A DNA stretch of 64,000 nt from an uncultured Gemmatimonadales bacterium. GTDB lineage: Bacteria; Gemmatimonadota; Gemmatimonadetes; Gemmatimonadales; GWC2-71-9. The stretch's first letter is position 1. Each line of letters starts with the position of its first letter. The notes beneath the pieces were generated by a model. The model was not told where the DNA came from. It ran no database searches and saw nothing but the letters and a program-made list of their open reading frames with translations. The stretch spans positions 96,001 to 160,000 of the forward strand of contig CAWGED010000004.1 in NCBI GenBank assembly GCA_963821525.1, written 5' to 3'. Of the stretch, positions 41,226 through 51,562 are shown piece by piece. The translations under genes and the position numbers were made by a program.

Positions 41226-42936
41226 CCTTACTGTCGCTGTCAAACACTTCCCGCCCCTCAAAAAACGTCCTCAACACTTTCACCGTGTGAATCTGATTGG
41301 ATGGCACCTCAAACAGGTTCCGGTCCAGCACGATGAAATCCGCCGATTTGCCGACCTCGAGCGAGCCACGCTCCCGCTCCTGATGGTTGGCGAACGCCCC
41401 GTTGATCGTGTAGGCCGCCAGCATCCGCTCCAGGTCTACCCGCTCTTCCGGAATCCAGGATGGGCCTCCGGTCGAGTCCGTGGTATGGCGCGTGATCGCC
41501 ACCTCGATCGCATCGAGGGGATTGAGGGAGCTCACGCTCCAGTCGCTGCCGCCCACCACCACGGCACCGCTGTTCATGACACTGCCGATGGGATAGAGCC
41601 AGCGGGATCGCGCCTTGCCCAGAGCCGGCTCGGTCAGCTCGGTGATGTACTCGTCGGGCTGGGCCCAGAAGGCCTGGAAACTTGCCACCACGCCGAGCTC
41701 GCGGAATCGCGGAATGTCGGTCGAGTCGATCAGCTCGAGGTGCGCGATGATGTGCCGCGCATCGTGAAACCCGTTCTGGTTCGCCGCGTTCTCGAACGCA
41801 TCGAGGGTTTCCCGGATCGCGCCATCGCCGATGGCGTGCACGTGGACCTGAAACCCCGCACGATCCAGGGCCGCGACCAGCGCATTCAGGGAATCGGGCT
41901 GGTAGTTGAGGCTGCCTCGATCGCCCGGCCGGTCGAGATACGGAGCGAGCAACGCTGCGGTCTTCGCTTCGATTACCCCGTCGGCGAAGATCTTCATCGT
42001 CCCGATCTGCAGATGCGGGCTCTCGAGCTGCTCCTTCAGCGTCTGGAGCCGGCGTACTTCGGCATCAGGAGACTCCGCATGGCTCGACACCGCCGCCACG
42101 ATCTCCGCGGTCAGCTCGCCTCGCCGTTCCAGCTCGGCGTACGCCTGCAGGTAATCCGGATCGGCGTTCGCTTCGGACAGTGCCACGATCCCGAGCCTGT
42201 TGGCCTCGGCAATCGCCCGCTTCGCGGCCTCCACCTCCTGGCCCATGGTGTAGCCGGGAAGCACCGCTGTCGCCAAGTCCACCGCGCTTTCCCGCAGCGT
42301 ACCGCTCGGCTCGCCCGTGGCGTCCCGTTCGATCCGGCCCCCCGGCGGGTCTTTGGTGTCCCGCTTGATCCCCGCGACCGCGAGCGCCTTCGAGTTGAGC
42401 CAGGCCGAGTGTCCGTCCGCCGCCCAGAAGAAGGCGGGCCGGTCAGGTACGATCCGGTCGAGCACCGCCTTGTTGGGATTGGCCTCAGGGAAAAGGGGCA
42501 GCTGCCAGCCATTGCCACGAAGCCAGCCGGTATCGGGATGAGCGGCGATGTAGTCCCGAATGATCCGCTCCGCCTCCTCGGGAGTCTTCACATCGTAGAG
42601 ATTGCACTCTCCCAATTCGAGGCCGGCAGCGAGAGGATGAACATGGTTGTCGTGAAAGCCTGGCAAGACCATCCGGCCCGGTAGATCGAGCACCTTGGTG
42701 TGAGGCCCGATAAATGACGCGACGCCACTGTCCGTCCCAACGTAGATCAACCTGCCCTCTCGCACGGCCAGCGCCTCGGCCCAGCTTCGCACCGGGGCGA
42801 CTCGGTAGATCTGCGCTCCCCTCACCACCAGATCGGCGACATTGTGCGGAGGCCAGCGCCGCACCGAACAGGAGATGCCCGTCAGGAGGAGAAAGCCGAG
42901 GACCGCACAGAGCGTGTGGCGGGAGGCAGAGCGCAT
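41221..42936 (-). CDS. Amidohydrolase 3 family (YtcJ-like)
   Basis: PGFHDNHVH, KIFADG, HAIGD, GSDW, YTINGA. Confidence 0.92.
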   Translation of the reverse strand: MRSASRHTLCAVLGFLLLTGISCSVRRWPPHNVADLVVRGAQIYRVAPVRSWAEALAVREGRLIYVGTDSGVASFIGPHTKVLDLPGRMVLPGFHDNHVHPLAAGLELGECNLYDVKTPEEAERIIRDYIAAHPDTGWLRGNGWQLPLFPEANPNKAVLDRIVPDRPAFFWAADGHSAWLNSKALAVAGIKRDTKDPPGGRIERDATGEPSGTLRESAVDLATAVLPGYTMGQEVEAAKRAIAEANRLGIVALSEANADPDYLQAYAELERRGELTAEIVAAVSSHAESPDAEVRRLQTLKEQLESPHLQIGTMKIFADGVIEAKTAALLAPYLDRPGDRGSLNYQPDSLNALVAALDRAGFQVHVHAIGDGAIRETLDAFENAANQNGFHDARHIIAHLELIDSTDIPRFRELGVVASFQAFWAQPDEYITELTEPALGKARSRWLYPIGSVMNSGAVVVGGSDWSVSSLNPLDAIEVAITRHTTDSTGGPSWIPEERVDLERMLAAYTINGAFANHQERERGSLEVGKSADFIVLDRNLFEVPSNQIHTVKVLRTFFEGREVFDSDSKE

Positions 42937-43019
42937 TAGTGGTAGTTGTTGTTTTGGATTGACTCGAGTCCTTGAATCGTTGACCCTGTCCCAAGCGGGC
43001 GTCCTCACCGCCGCCTAAT

Positions 43020-43110
43020 TCCTGTCCCCTTCTCTCCCCGTTCTCCCGTTCTCCCGTTCTCCCGTTCTCCGTTCACCGTCTCACCCGCTCACCGCTCACC
43101 GTTCACCGCC
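43020..43110. repeat. GTTCTCCC / GCTCACC tandem arrays overlapping the SBP 3' end
   Basis: Directly visible. Confidence 0.85.
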
Positions 43111-44727
43111 CATTTCCGAATCCCGCTCACCCACGAATAGGGATCGATCACCACTCCGTCGAGCCGGTGGGAGACCGCAGCCACATTGGTCGGTGCGTAG
43201 AGGAAGAGAGCCGGCGCATCATCGTTGATCCGCTCCATCGCCTCTCGCCAGGCGGTGCGCGCCTCGGGAAGCGAACGAACCGCGAGCGCCCGGGTAAACA
43301 ACGAGTCGAACCCGGTGCTTCGGTAACCCCCGTAATTCAGGACGCCGATCCCGGCAGCGGTCCACTGGTCGGCCAGGCCACGGGGACTCGGTTCGTCGAG
43401 ATAGGCCCCGATATATGCATCGAATTTTCCCTCGGCCAATCGCTTCTGGAACACCGGAAACTCGACGGCTGCGACCGAAACCTGGGCGCCCACTTTTCTC
43501 CATGCTTCCTGCAGAGCCACCGCGGCGTTCTTGCGGGTGACGCTCGTCGCCGGTACCAGGATTTCGAAGCGCAAGAGGCCGGCCCGCCTTGCGACGGCTC
43601 CCGTCGGCTCCACGCACCCACCCTGCCGAGTCGAGCTCCCGTCCCGCGGCGGCGGTGTCGAACGGAAGCGCCCGGATTCCGTCGTCCCAGATCCAGAGGA
43701 GTTGGGACATCGGCCCCGGTGGGGCCTTGCTGTCCGGACCGAAGATCGCCTTGGCGATGGCACTTCGATCCACCGCCATGTTGAGCGCCCGCCGAACCGC
43801 CCGGTCTTCGAGAACTTCGCCACCTGTTGCCGAGCCGCCGGGCCGCCGAGCCGCCGAGACGCGATACCCCACAAACCCATAGGCCGCCGACGGGTACCGT
43901 ACCGCCGAGAGCGACGTGTCTCCCTCGACCCGCGCAACCCGGTCGGGAGAGCCCACCGTCTCCATCAAGTCGGCTTCGTGACTCAACACTGCGTTCAGCG
44001 CGGCATCCGGGTCCGGGGCGAATCGCCAAACCAAACGCCGGATGGCGGGGAGAGGGGTCTGAGTGGAGTCGGCCTCGAGCGTGAGCGACTGTCCGTGCTC
44101 CCACCGGGCGATGCGATACGGTCCGCTCCCGACCAGGTGAACAAGACTACTGTCGTTGATCCACTCAGAGCGTTGAATCTCGGCCCAGATGTGCGCCGGA
44201 ATGATGCGAACGTGCCAGGTCGCGTCCAGCAGCTGCTCCGGATAGCTCCGGCTGAACCGGACCAGCACCGTGGAGCTGTCGGGGGCTTCGGCATGGAGCG
44301 ATCCGCGAATCTGCTCGCCCGCAGCGGTCTCCAGTGTCGAATCGGCGTAGGCATCGAACGAAAACACCACGTCGTTCGCGGTCACCGGCCGGCCGTCATG
44401 CCAGCGCGCCTCTGGGCGGAGGTGAAACCGCAAGGTCAGCGAGTCTACCCGCTCCCAGCTTTTCGCCAAGCGCGGCTCGTATCCCATCGAGTCGAGCGGC
44501 GCCTTGCCCGGCTTGAGGTCCGCCAGCCGCTCGAAGACCTGATCGCTGATGTCCCGCCCGACCGTTTCACCGACCAGCGGAGGCAGAAGAGCCGAAGGCT
44601 CGCCGGTCGCGGCGATGACGACGGTATCACAATTGACGCATGGCGCCTTCTCCCGGCAGGCGCCGAGGAGAATCCCCAAGACGCCAAGGAAAATCTCCGA
44701 GCCGCCGAGGCAGCGACTCAACCTCAC
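43089..44727 (-). CDS. Peptide ABC transporter substrate-binding lipoprotein (SBP family 5), frameshifts near 43570-43620
   Basis: LGAC lipobox, WHDGRPVTA.DV.FS, VGSGPY, VRRAL.MAVDR. Confidence 0.88.
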
Positions 44728-45263
44728 TTCGCCTCGCTCAGATACTTGGCTTTGATGACGTTGAGGTGATGCCGCTCGTGTCCCAGGATGATGAAGGCGA
44801 GGGCGCGAACCGAGATCGGCTTCCCGCTCGCCGTCCCAGTCAGTGCCAGCGTCTCGGCATCCATGCTCCGAAACAGGGTGATGGTCCCCGACCGCACGGA
44901 AGCCAGCTCGGCGCCGACGTCAGCCAACGTCCGGCCGTCGAATCCGGCCACGGCGGCATAGTCATTCTCGTCGAAGGACGCCAGCGGCGTCTTGTCATGC
45001 CGGGCGATCCGCAGGGCGCGATAGGCAAAGATCCGCTCGCTGTCGGCGATGTGTCCGATGACGTCACGGATGCTCCACTTTCCCGGCGCATATCGAAACC
45101 CGGCGCGGGACTCCGGAATCGTGGCGAGGAGTGCCGAGGTTGACTTGGCCTGCGCCTCCAGTTGGCGCATCACATCCTCCCGCGCCACGGGGTCGATGTA
45201 GGCGGCGTAATGCGGGTCGTACTCGGTCGGCGCGGGGGATTGGATCATCGTAGAGGTGGTCAT
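44724..45263 (-). CDS. DinB family protein
   Basis: RYAPGKWSI..V.GHI.D.ERIF.YRAL, GHERHH. Confidence 0.92.
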   Translation of the reverse strand: MTTSTMIQSPAPTEYDPHYAAYIDPVAREDVMRQLEAQAKSTSALLATIPESRAGFRYAPGKWSIRDVIGHIADSERIFAYRALRIARHDKTPLASFDENDYAAVAGFDGRTLADVGAELASVRSGTITLFRSMDAETLALTGTASGKPISVRALAFIILGHERHHLNVIKAKYLSEAK

Positions 45264-45376
45264 CGGTTCGCTCCCGGAAAAGTGCAGCACGCAAGCTAGC
45301 TGAGGCTATCGGTTCTGGCACGTCCCGACAGCCGGCGCTATAGCCGGACGAGAAGGCGCCAGTACATTTCCCGCCC

Positions 45377-46252
45377 ATGTCCCGCAGCTTTGCCCGCGGC
45401 ATTCAGTCCGCCCAGCTCGGCCTACTGGTCAACACCGTCCTCGCGGTGACCAAGCTGGTCGCCGGCATCGTGGGCAACGCGTACGTCCTGATCGCCGATG
45501 CGGTCGAGTCCACCGCCGACATCTTCTCCTCGTTGGTCGTCGTGAAAGGGCTCAGAATCGCCGGGCGCGAGGCCGACGAGGAGTATCCCTTCGGTTATGG
45601 TAAGGCGGAATCTCTGGCCGCGGCGGTCGTTTCAATGCTGCTGATCGGTGCCGCCATCGGGATTGCGGTGGAGGCCGTCCGGGAGATTTTGACTCCCCAT
45701 CACACCCCGGCGCCCTTCACCCTCGCTGTTCTTGTCGGAGTCATCATCATCAAGGAGATCCTCTTCCGCCGGGTGAGCCGGGTCGGAGAGGAAGTCGCCA
45801 GTACCGCCGTCGCCGCCGACGCCTGGCATCACCGGAGCGATGCCCTCACCTCGCTGGCAGCGTTTATAGGTATCAGTGTAGCTCTGATCGGCGGGCCCGG
45901 TTGGGAAGCCGCCGACGACTGGGCCGCTCTCGCGGCCTCAGCGGTCATTCTCTTCAATGGCATCCGGCTGCTCCGTCCCGCCGTGAACGATCTCATGGAT
46001 CGCAGCCCCGGCGGAGAGCTGCTCGCGCGGATCAGCGCCGCGGCCACCGGCACCTCGGATGTCCGCGCCATCGAAAAACTGAAGGTCCGCAAAGCAGGCC
46101 TGGGATACTACGTGGACCTTCATGTGCAAACCGACCCTGCCATGCCGCTGCACGACGCTCACATCCTGAGCGGCCGGGTGAAGACCGCGATTCGAGAAGC
46201 GGTGCCGGAGGTGCTCGGTGTATTGATTCATATGGAACCCCACCAAGGGTAG
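45377..46252 (+). CDS. Cation diffusion facilitator family transporter
   Basis: IADAVES..D, YPFGYGKAE, WHHRSD, IHMEP. Confidence 0.93.
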   Translation: MSRSFARGIQSAQLGLLVNTVLAVTKLVAGIVGNAYVLIADAVESTADIFSSLVVVKGLRIAGREADEEYPFGYGKAESLAAAVVSMLLIGAAIGIAVEAVREILTPHHTPAPFTLAVLVGVIIIKEILFRRVSRVGEEVASTAVAADAWHHRSDALTSLAAFIGISVALIGGPGWEAADDWAALAASAVILFNGIRLLRPAVNDLMDRSPGGELLARISAAATGTSDVRAIEKLKVRKAGLGYYVDLHVQTDPAMPLHDAHILSGRVKTAIREAVPEVLGVLIHMEPHQG

Positions 46253-46282
46253 TCGCGGCCGTTGTCTTATTCGGCCCCTCCC

Positions 46283-46398
46283 TGTAACATTTCGTTGCAG
46301 CCAGATCGTTTCGATTAAGCATAAATGCTTGACGGTGTGTTGTAATACCTTGTCATATAAGAAGTTATAAACACCGTCTCCAGGGCACCCCGATTGCC
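46283..46398 (+). promoter_or_regulatory. sigma-54 promoter (GGCAC-N5-TTGC) with upstream dyad TGTAAC-N5-GTTGCA and an AT-rich tract
   Basis: GG-N10-GC at about 46384-46397, upstream of an operon that encodes a GAFTGA activator. Confidence 0.7.
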
Positions 46399-46448
46399 AT
46401 CCCTACAGGCGACCACTCGCTCGATCGACCTGTAATGGGAGCTATCCA

Positions 46449-47282
46449 ATGTCCAGCAGATCCATCTCTGCCCTTGCCGTCCTTACCGCCGCGGGGATGC
46501 TCGCCTGTAGTGAAGGGACGGGCCCAGGCAATAAACCGCAGATCAGCTTCAACGTCGCCACCTCATCGGGGCCGGCCGCGAATCTCCAATCGGTCTCCGA
46601 TACTGTGGTTGGGGGCGCCAATACTCTCGTCCTTGATCAGGTCGAGCTGGTGCTCCGCGACATCCGTTTCAAGAGACTCAACGACGATGTGTGCGAAGGT
46701 GACAGTGATCAGAGCGGGGACATCGCGGTCCGTCCCATGTCTCACGACGATGGCGGGAACGGCGATGATGGCAATGAGGACGCCTGCGAGACCGTCAACG
46801 CAGGTCCGTTCCTTCTCGATCTCCCGCTCGGATCCGGAGTCGAGCAGGTCTTCAGCGTCGCGGTGGACACCGGCACCTTCGATGAGCTACGGATCAGACT
46901 GCACAAGCCCGAAGACAACGGGCTCGATCCGGCCGACGCCGCCTTCCTGGCCGCGCACCCCGATTTTGCCGGCATTAGCATCCGTGCGACCGGCACCTGG
47001 AATGGAAATCCCTTCACCTTTACCAGCGATCTCGACGCCGACCAGGAAATGCGGCTGGATCCGCCGCTCGTCGTGACCGACGCTGGTGCCAATGTGGACG
47101 TCACACTGAAGGTGGACGTGACGACCTGGTTCGCAGATGGGGCCGGCGGGCTGGTCGATCCCACGACCGCGGGCCAGGGTGGACAGAACGAAAACCTGGT
47201 GCGCGACAACATTCAGCACTCCTTCGATGCCTTCCAGGACGAGGATCACGACGGTCAAGACGACGGGGGGAGCCACGACTGA
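46449..47282 (+). CDS. Acidic lipoprotein (DUF4382-like beta-sandwich)
   Basis: MLAC lipobox; GPFLLDL, GTFDEL, D/H-rich tail. Confidence 0.75.
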   Translation: MSSRSISALAVLTAAGMLACSEGTGPGNKPQISFNVATSSGPAANLQSVSDTVVGGANTLVLDQVELVLRDIRFKRLNDDVCEGDSDQSGDIAVRPMSHDDGGNGDDGNEDACETVNAGPFLLDLPLGSGVEQVFSVAVDTGTFDELRIRLHKPEDNGLDPADAAFLAAHPDFAGISIRATGTWNGNPFTFTSDLDADQEMRLDPPLVVTDAGANVDVTLKVDVTTWFADGAGGLVDPTTAGQGGQNENLVRDNIQHSFDAFQDEDHDGQDDGGSHD

Positions 47283-48619
47283 CCCAGCCTGACTGGTGGT
47301 TAGCTGCGGTACGGCTTTCCGACAGCTTTCGCACCACGATCGGTGATCTGGCCGGTGACCTTGGTGCCGAGCTCCTCGAGTGGAGCCGGGACGGGGCCAC
47401 CGGCCTGCCGCCGCAGGCGTCGGCAGGGCTGGTCCTGGCTGGAGGAGTGGAAAACGACGCGTTGGATTGGCTGGCCACGCTGAGTCCCTTGCCGATCCCG
47501 TTCTACGTGATCGGTGCATCGGGGGATCATCGAATCGCGGTCGCAGCACTGCAGCGCGGGGCCCGGGATTATTTCGCACTGCCGGACGATCTGGGCCTGC
47601 TGCGGCGTTCGCTGGAACGGGAACGAACCGAATCGAGAGGACGACGCGCCGCCGATCGCTTCGCGGAGGACGAACGGGAGTCATCAGGATTCGGCGCCAT
47701 CATCGGGCGCAGTCCCGCACTCCGGCAGATCATCGAACAGGCCCGGCGGGTGGCGCAGCATCGAGACGTTACGGTGTTGATCGGTGGAGAAACCGGCACC
47801 GGAAAGGAGCTGCTGGCCCGGGCGTTGCACTATCACAGCCCGCGAGCCGCGGCTCCCTTTGTCGAAATCAATTGCGCGGCGATTCCCGCAAACCTGCTGG
47901 AGAGCGAGCTCTTCGGCCACGAGCGGGGCGCCTTCACCGGAGCAGTCGCAGCCAAGCCGGGTCTGCTCGAGCTGGCCCACGGGGGCACGGTCTTCCTGGA
48001 CGAGATCGGAGCCCTGCCGCTCGAGCTGCAGCCCAAGTTGCTGAGGGCGCTCGAGACCCGTGAGATCCGCCGGGTGGGAGGCCAAAGCTCGCGTAAGGTT
48101 GATGTCCGGATCATCGGGGCGAGCCACGTGGATCTCCCCGCGGCGGTCGCCCGCGGCGAGTTCCGCGAGGACCTCTTCTACCGGCTCAACGTGGTGGCCC
48201 TGCTGCTTCCGCCGCTGCGAGCGAGAGAAGGTGACGTCGAGCTGCTCGCCGAGATGTTTATTACCCGGCTCGCGGCGCAATACGCGCTCCCGCCGGCACC
48301 GCTCGACCTGGAGACTCGGAGCCGGCTCCGGGCGCACCCCTGGCCCGGCAACGTAAGAGAGCTGCGCAACGTGATCGAGCGGGCCCTGGTGCTTTCGACT
48401 CCCGGTCGTCTGGAGCTGGAGGACCTGGGGGCGAGCCGGATAATTCCCGAGTCCGGAGGAGAGCTGCCGTTTCCGGCTCCGCTCCGCACGATTACTCAGG
48501 CGGCCGTCGAGCGGATGCTGCGGCTGGCGCATGGAAACAAGAGCGAGGCGGCGCGACGCCTGGGGATTTCCCGGCCCCGTCTGCAACGCATCATCGATGG
48601 TCTGGGCGAGGACGAATGA
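47279..48619 (+). CDS. sigma-54-dependent transcriptional activator with degenerate receiver-like N-terminus
   Basis: GETGTGKE, GAFTGA, FLDEI, WPGNVREL, Fis-type HTH. The frame is open back to CTG 47279, which overlaps the upstream TGA. Confidence 0.9.
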   Translation: MTQPDWWLAAVRLSDSFRTTIGDLAGDLGAELLEWSRDGATGLPPQASAGLVLAGGVENDALDWLATLSPLPIPFYVIGASGDHRIAVAALQRGARDYFALPDDLGLLRRSLERERTESRGRRAADRFAEDERESSGFGAIIGRSPALRQIIEQARRVAQHRDVTVLIGGETGTGKELLARALHYHSPRAAAPFVEINCAAIPANLLESELFGHERGAFTGAVAAKPGLLELAHGGTVFLDEIGALPLELQPKLLRALETREIRRVGGQSSRKVDVRIIGASHVDLPAAVARGEFREDLFYRLNVVALLLPPLRAREGDVELLAEMFITRLAAQYALPPAPLDLETRSRLRAHPWPGNVRELRNVIERALVLSTPGRLELEDLGASRIIPESGGELPFPAPLRTITQAAVERMLRLAHGNKSEAARRLGISRPRLQRIIDGLGEDE

Positions 48620-48654
48620 GCCAGCTCAGTCCGAACCCATAAAGGGGACGAAGC

Positions 48655-49284
48655 ATGAAACCGATTGCCTATCTGTCGCCGACGATGGCCGCTGCTCTCC
48701 TGATCGGGTGCAGCAGTTCCACCGACAGCGGGGGCAGCACCACCAAGCCACCCTCGGAACTGAACTTTCTCACGCTGGCGCCCACCGCCCCCGCGCTGTG
48801 CAGCAACAGCGTGACCTTCGACGCCACCAAAGGCGTCGACGTGGAGGCGGCACTCCAGTTTCCGGAGCCCGGTGAGCCCGCCGACTGTTCGGGGGGAACC
48901 GAAGACTTCGTCCGCCTCCGCATCGACAAAGAGAGCTTGCTCGAGCTGCCCGACGGCACGCCGCTCAACGACGGTGACGTAGTCACCATCACCATGACCT
49001 GGGTCGGCGGAGACAGCATCATGGTCCAGCTCGAACCGACCGGGCTCAAGTTCAACCCGGCAAAGCCGGCCGAGCTCAGGATCGAGTACGGCGAAGCCAG
49101 TGACGACCTGAATCACAACGGCACGGTGGACTCCGAGGACACGGCAATCGAGCAGGAACTCGCGCTCTGGCGCCAGGCCACTCTGGCCGATCCGTTCGTC
49201 CTCATCGGCTCCATCAAGCTGGAAGATACGAACGAGTTCGAGGCCGAGTTGAACGGCTTCAGCCGGTACGCCATCGCGTACTGA
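48655..49284 (+). CDS. Lipoprotein with ZU5-like C-terminal region and an EF-hand-like DLNHNG motif
   Basis: LIGC lipobox; LEPTGLKF..PA.L, GFSRYA. Confidence 0.72.
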   Translation: MKPIAYLSPTMAAALLIGCSSSTDSGGSTTKPPSELNFLTLAPTAPALCSNSVTFDATKGVDVEAALQFPEPGEPADCSGGTEDFVRLRIDKESLLELPDGTPLNDGDVVTITMTWVGGDSIMVQLEPTGLKFNPAKPAELRIEYGEASDDLNHNGTVDSEDTAIEQELALWRQATLADPFVLIGSIKLEDTNEFEAELNGFSRYAIAY

Positions 49285-49303
49285 TGAACCGAAACCAGGA
49301 TCA

Positions 49304-50293
49304 TTGATGCCCGGCCCGGCCGAAACTTCCGATCCCACCCGCCAGCTCCGCGAGATGGTGGAAACGGGACGTTTCCGCGAAGCCCTGCAGGAGCATCAGG
49401 CCATGCGGGACCCGGCAATCCGCCATCGTCCCGAGGCCGAATTGCTCGCGGCGACCGCCGCGACCAGGCTCGGCGAATTCGCCGAGGGTGTGGCATTGGC
49501 TGAATCTGCCTTCCAGAGGTTCCGCTCCAGGGCCGACACCGATGGCCGCATGCGCGCGATGAATCTGCTGGGCGCCATCGCCTTCGAGCAGGGCCGCCTG
49601 GAAGAGGCCACCCGGGCATTCAGCGAAGTGCTCGAACTGGCCCGGCAGCTCGACGATACCCTGATGGCCGCCCACGCCTCCAACAATCTCGCTTCCGTCG
49701 CGCACTTGAGGGGGGAGCCGGAGACCTCGCTCAGTCTGTACCGTGTGGCTCTGCTCGGCTACCAACGCCTGGGCGACCGGCGCGGCACCGCGCAGACCTA
49801 CCACAATCTTGGTCTCTCCTTCAGGCAGAGCGCGGACTGGCTCGACGCGGAGAGCGCCGCTTTGCAGGCCGTCCGGCACGCGACTCAGGTGGGGGAGGGC
49901 TCCTTGATCGCGCTCGCAGTCTCGGGCCGCGCCGAGACTCATCTGGAGCGCGGCGAGCTCGAGCTGGCGGCCCGCGAGCTGGAGCGCGCGACGGCCCTCG
50001 CGAATCAGGCCGGGGACGAAATCGGGCTGCTCGAGATCAGCCGCCTCAATGCCATGCTCGCCCTCGCCTCGGGGAATGCCTCCTCCGCCTTCGAGCTCGC
50101 CGAGGCCGCCCGGAGGAAGGCCGAGTCGCTTCAGAGCTTGCAGCTCGAGGGTGAATGCACAGCAGTGGCGGCGCTGGCTTGCCGGCAGCTGGGGAGGGAG
50201 AGCGACGCGGTCGTTCGACGAGAATACGCCTTGGCCATCTTCGGCCGTCTGGGCGCCAAGTGGCATGCGCAGGAGTTGGAGCGTCGCTGGTAG
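49304..50293 (+). CDS. Tetratricopeptide repeat protein
   Basis: NLLG, NNLA, HNLG helical repeats. Confidence 0.85.
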   Translation: MMPGPAETSDPTRQLREMVETGRFREALQEHQAMRDPAIRHRPEAELLAATAATRLGEFAEGVALAESAFQRFRSRADTDGRMRAMNLLGAIAFEQGRLEEATRAFSEVLELARQLDDTLMAAHASNNLASVAHLRGEPETSLSLYRVALLGYQRLGDRRGTAQTYHNLGLSFRQSADWLDAESAALQAVRHATQVGEGSLIALAVSGRAETHLERGELELAARELERATALANQAGDEIGLLEISRLNAMLALASGNASSAFELAEAARRKAESLQSLQLEGECTAVAALACRQLGRESDAVVRREYALAIFGRLGAKWHAQELERRW

Positions 50294-50408
50294 CCAGAAC
50301 TCGATTTCAGGGTCGTGCTCGCGTCTTCGCGATGACGATCCGTCGCGAATCGCGCCGATATTTGAAAGGGGGGGCCCCCACGGACTACTCCCAGAGCGCC
50401 GCGATCGA

Positions 50409-51047
50409 TCAGTCCTTCCAGATGTACATCATCAGATACCCCACCGTCGCCACCCCGATCGAAGCCATCGCGAATTTCTTGTGGTCGGTCCAGCCGCCCC
50501 GTTGTCCCTCGGCGATGCGCTGGTCGATGTCTTCGATGCTGGGTGCGATCGCCGCCGAGTAGGCGAAGCCCGCGTCGGCGAGCAGCATCAGGGCGCCGTG
50601 CACCGTACGCCGGGTCTTGCCTGCAGGATCTCCCTTCGACTCCGCGAGATTCCACACTCCCGTCACGGTGTTCACCAGAAAGACCCCGCCCAGCATCATC
50701 GAAACGGGCCGGTGGATGTCCTGCGCCCATGAAGGCGCTTCGCTGCCCTTGTGAAGGATGGATTCGCCGCTCAGGTACTGGGCCAGCAGGAGCGGGCCCG
50801 TCGCGTAACTGGTGAACTTGTGGATGTCGGCCCGCACCTCGTAGCCGTGACTGTAGTCGATTGATTTCGGCCGTTTTTTTGCCGAATCGGGAAGGACGAT
50901 CAGAATCGACTGCCCCGCGCTGGCGGCCTGAGTCGCCCAGACGTGCGGAGGAGGCAGCTTCACGGTAGAGTCGGCGGCCGGAGTGGAGTCCCGCGCCGGT
51001 ACCAGCGCGACCAGCGCCTGGGCGAGCAGGCCGAGCGGCAGACTCAT
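50409..51047 (-). CDS. Membrane protein with four His-bearing helices (possible b-type heme protein)
   Basis: IHK, IHR, VHG and DHK each begin a hydrophobic helix. Confidence 0.65.
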   Translation of the reverse strand: MSLPLGLLAQALVALVPARDSTPAADSTVKLPPPHVWATQAASAGQSILIVLPDSAKKRPKSIDYSHGYEVRADIHKFTSYATGPLLLAQYLSGESILHKGSEAPSWAQDIHRPVSMMLGGVFLVNTVTGVWNLAESKGDPAGKTRRTVHGALMLLADAGFAYSAAIAPSIEDIDQRIAEGQRGGWTDHKKFAMASIGVATVGYLMMYIWKD

Positions 51048-51562
51048 TTGGGGAGGGTAAGTCGGGCCGCCGCCCAGCGCTCAGGCTCCTTGTCGCTCCG
51101 GATCAGGACTCCCAGGTCCACCGCGATGAGCTTGCCTTTCCTGCTCACGGCGTAGCGGTCCATGTTGCGGGTCGCCTTGCCGCTCATGAAGGTGCCGTCG
51201 GGCTGATACTTCGATTTGTGCTTGGGGCACTGGAACCGGGAATCGTCACCCAGCCAGCGGAGCGCGGTATTCTGGTGCGGGCAGGAGAGCGCGAAGGCAT
51301 ACACCGCTCCCGCGTAGCGGACCAGGATGACCTCGTTGTCCTTGTCGATAACCGCGCCGTCGGCAGGAGGAACCGCATAGCTGCGTTCGTTGCCCCAGAT
51401 GCGAATGGCTGCCCCGGCCCGGATGGGAATCGCCAGCGCATCGAGCGGTGCCGCCGCGATCGTCACCAGGGCGGCTGCCACCGTTGCCAGCGAATCCTTG
51501 AGGAAATCCCGCCGCCCTTCGGGAGGGCAGCCGTCGCACCACGAAGAAGCGAAGTCGCTCAT
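51044..51562 (-). CDS. Tat-exported Rieske [2Fe-2S] protein
   Basis: RRDFL; CPHQN and CPKHKS boxes; start overlaps the upstream stop. Confidence 0.9.
   Translation of the reverse strand: MSDFASSWCDGCPPEGRRDFLKDSLATVAAALVTIAAAPLDALAIPIRAGAAIRIWGNERSYAVPPADGAVIDKDNEVILVRYAGAVYAFALSCPHQNTALRWLGDDSRFQCPKHKSKYQPDGTFMSGKATRNMDRYAVSRKGKLIAVDLGVLIRSDKEPERWAAARLTLPK

Noticed and set aside
23762..45263. Integron cassette array or prophage
   Set aside because: No integrase, recognisable attC sites or phage genes were seen.
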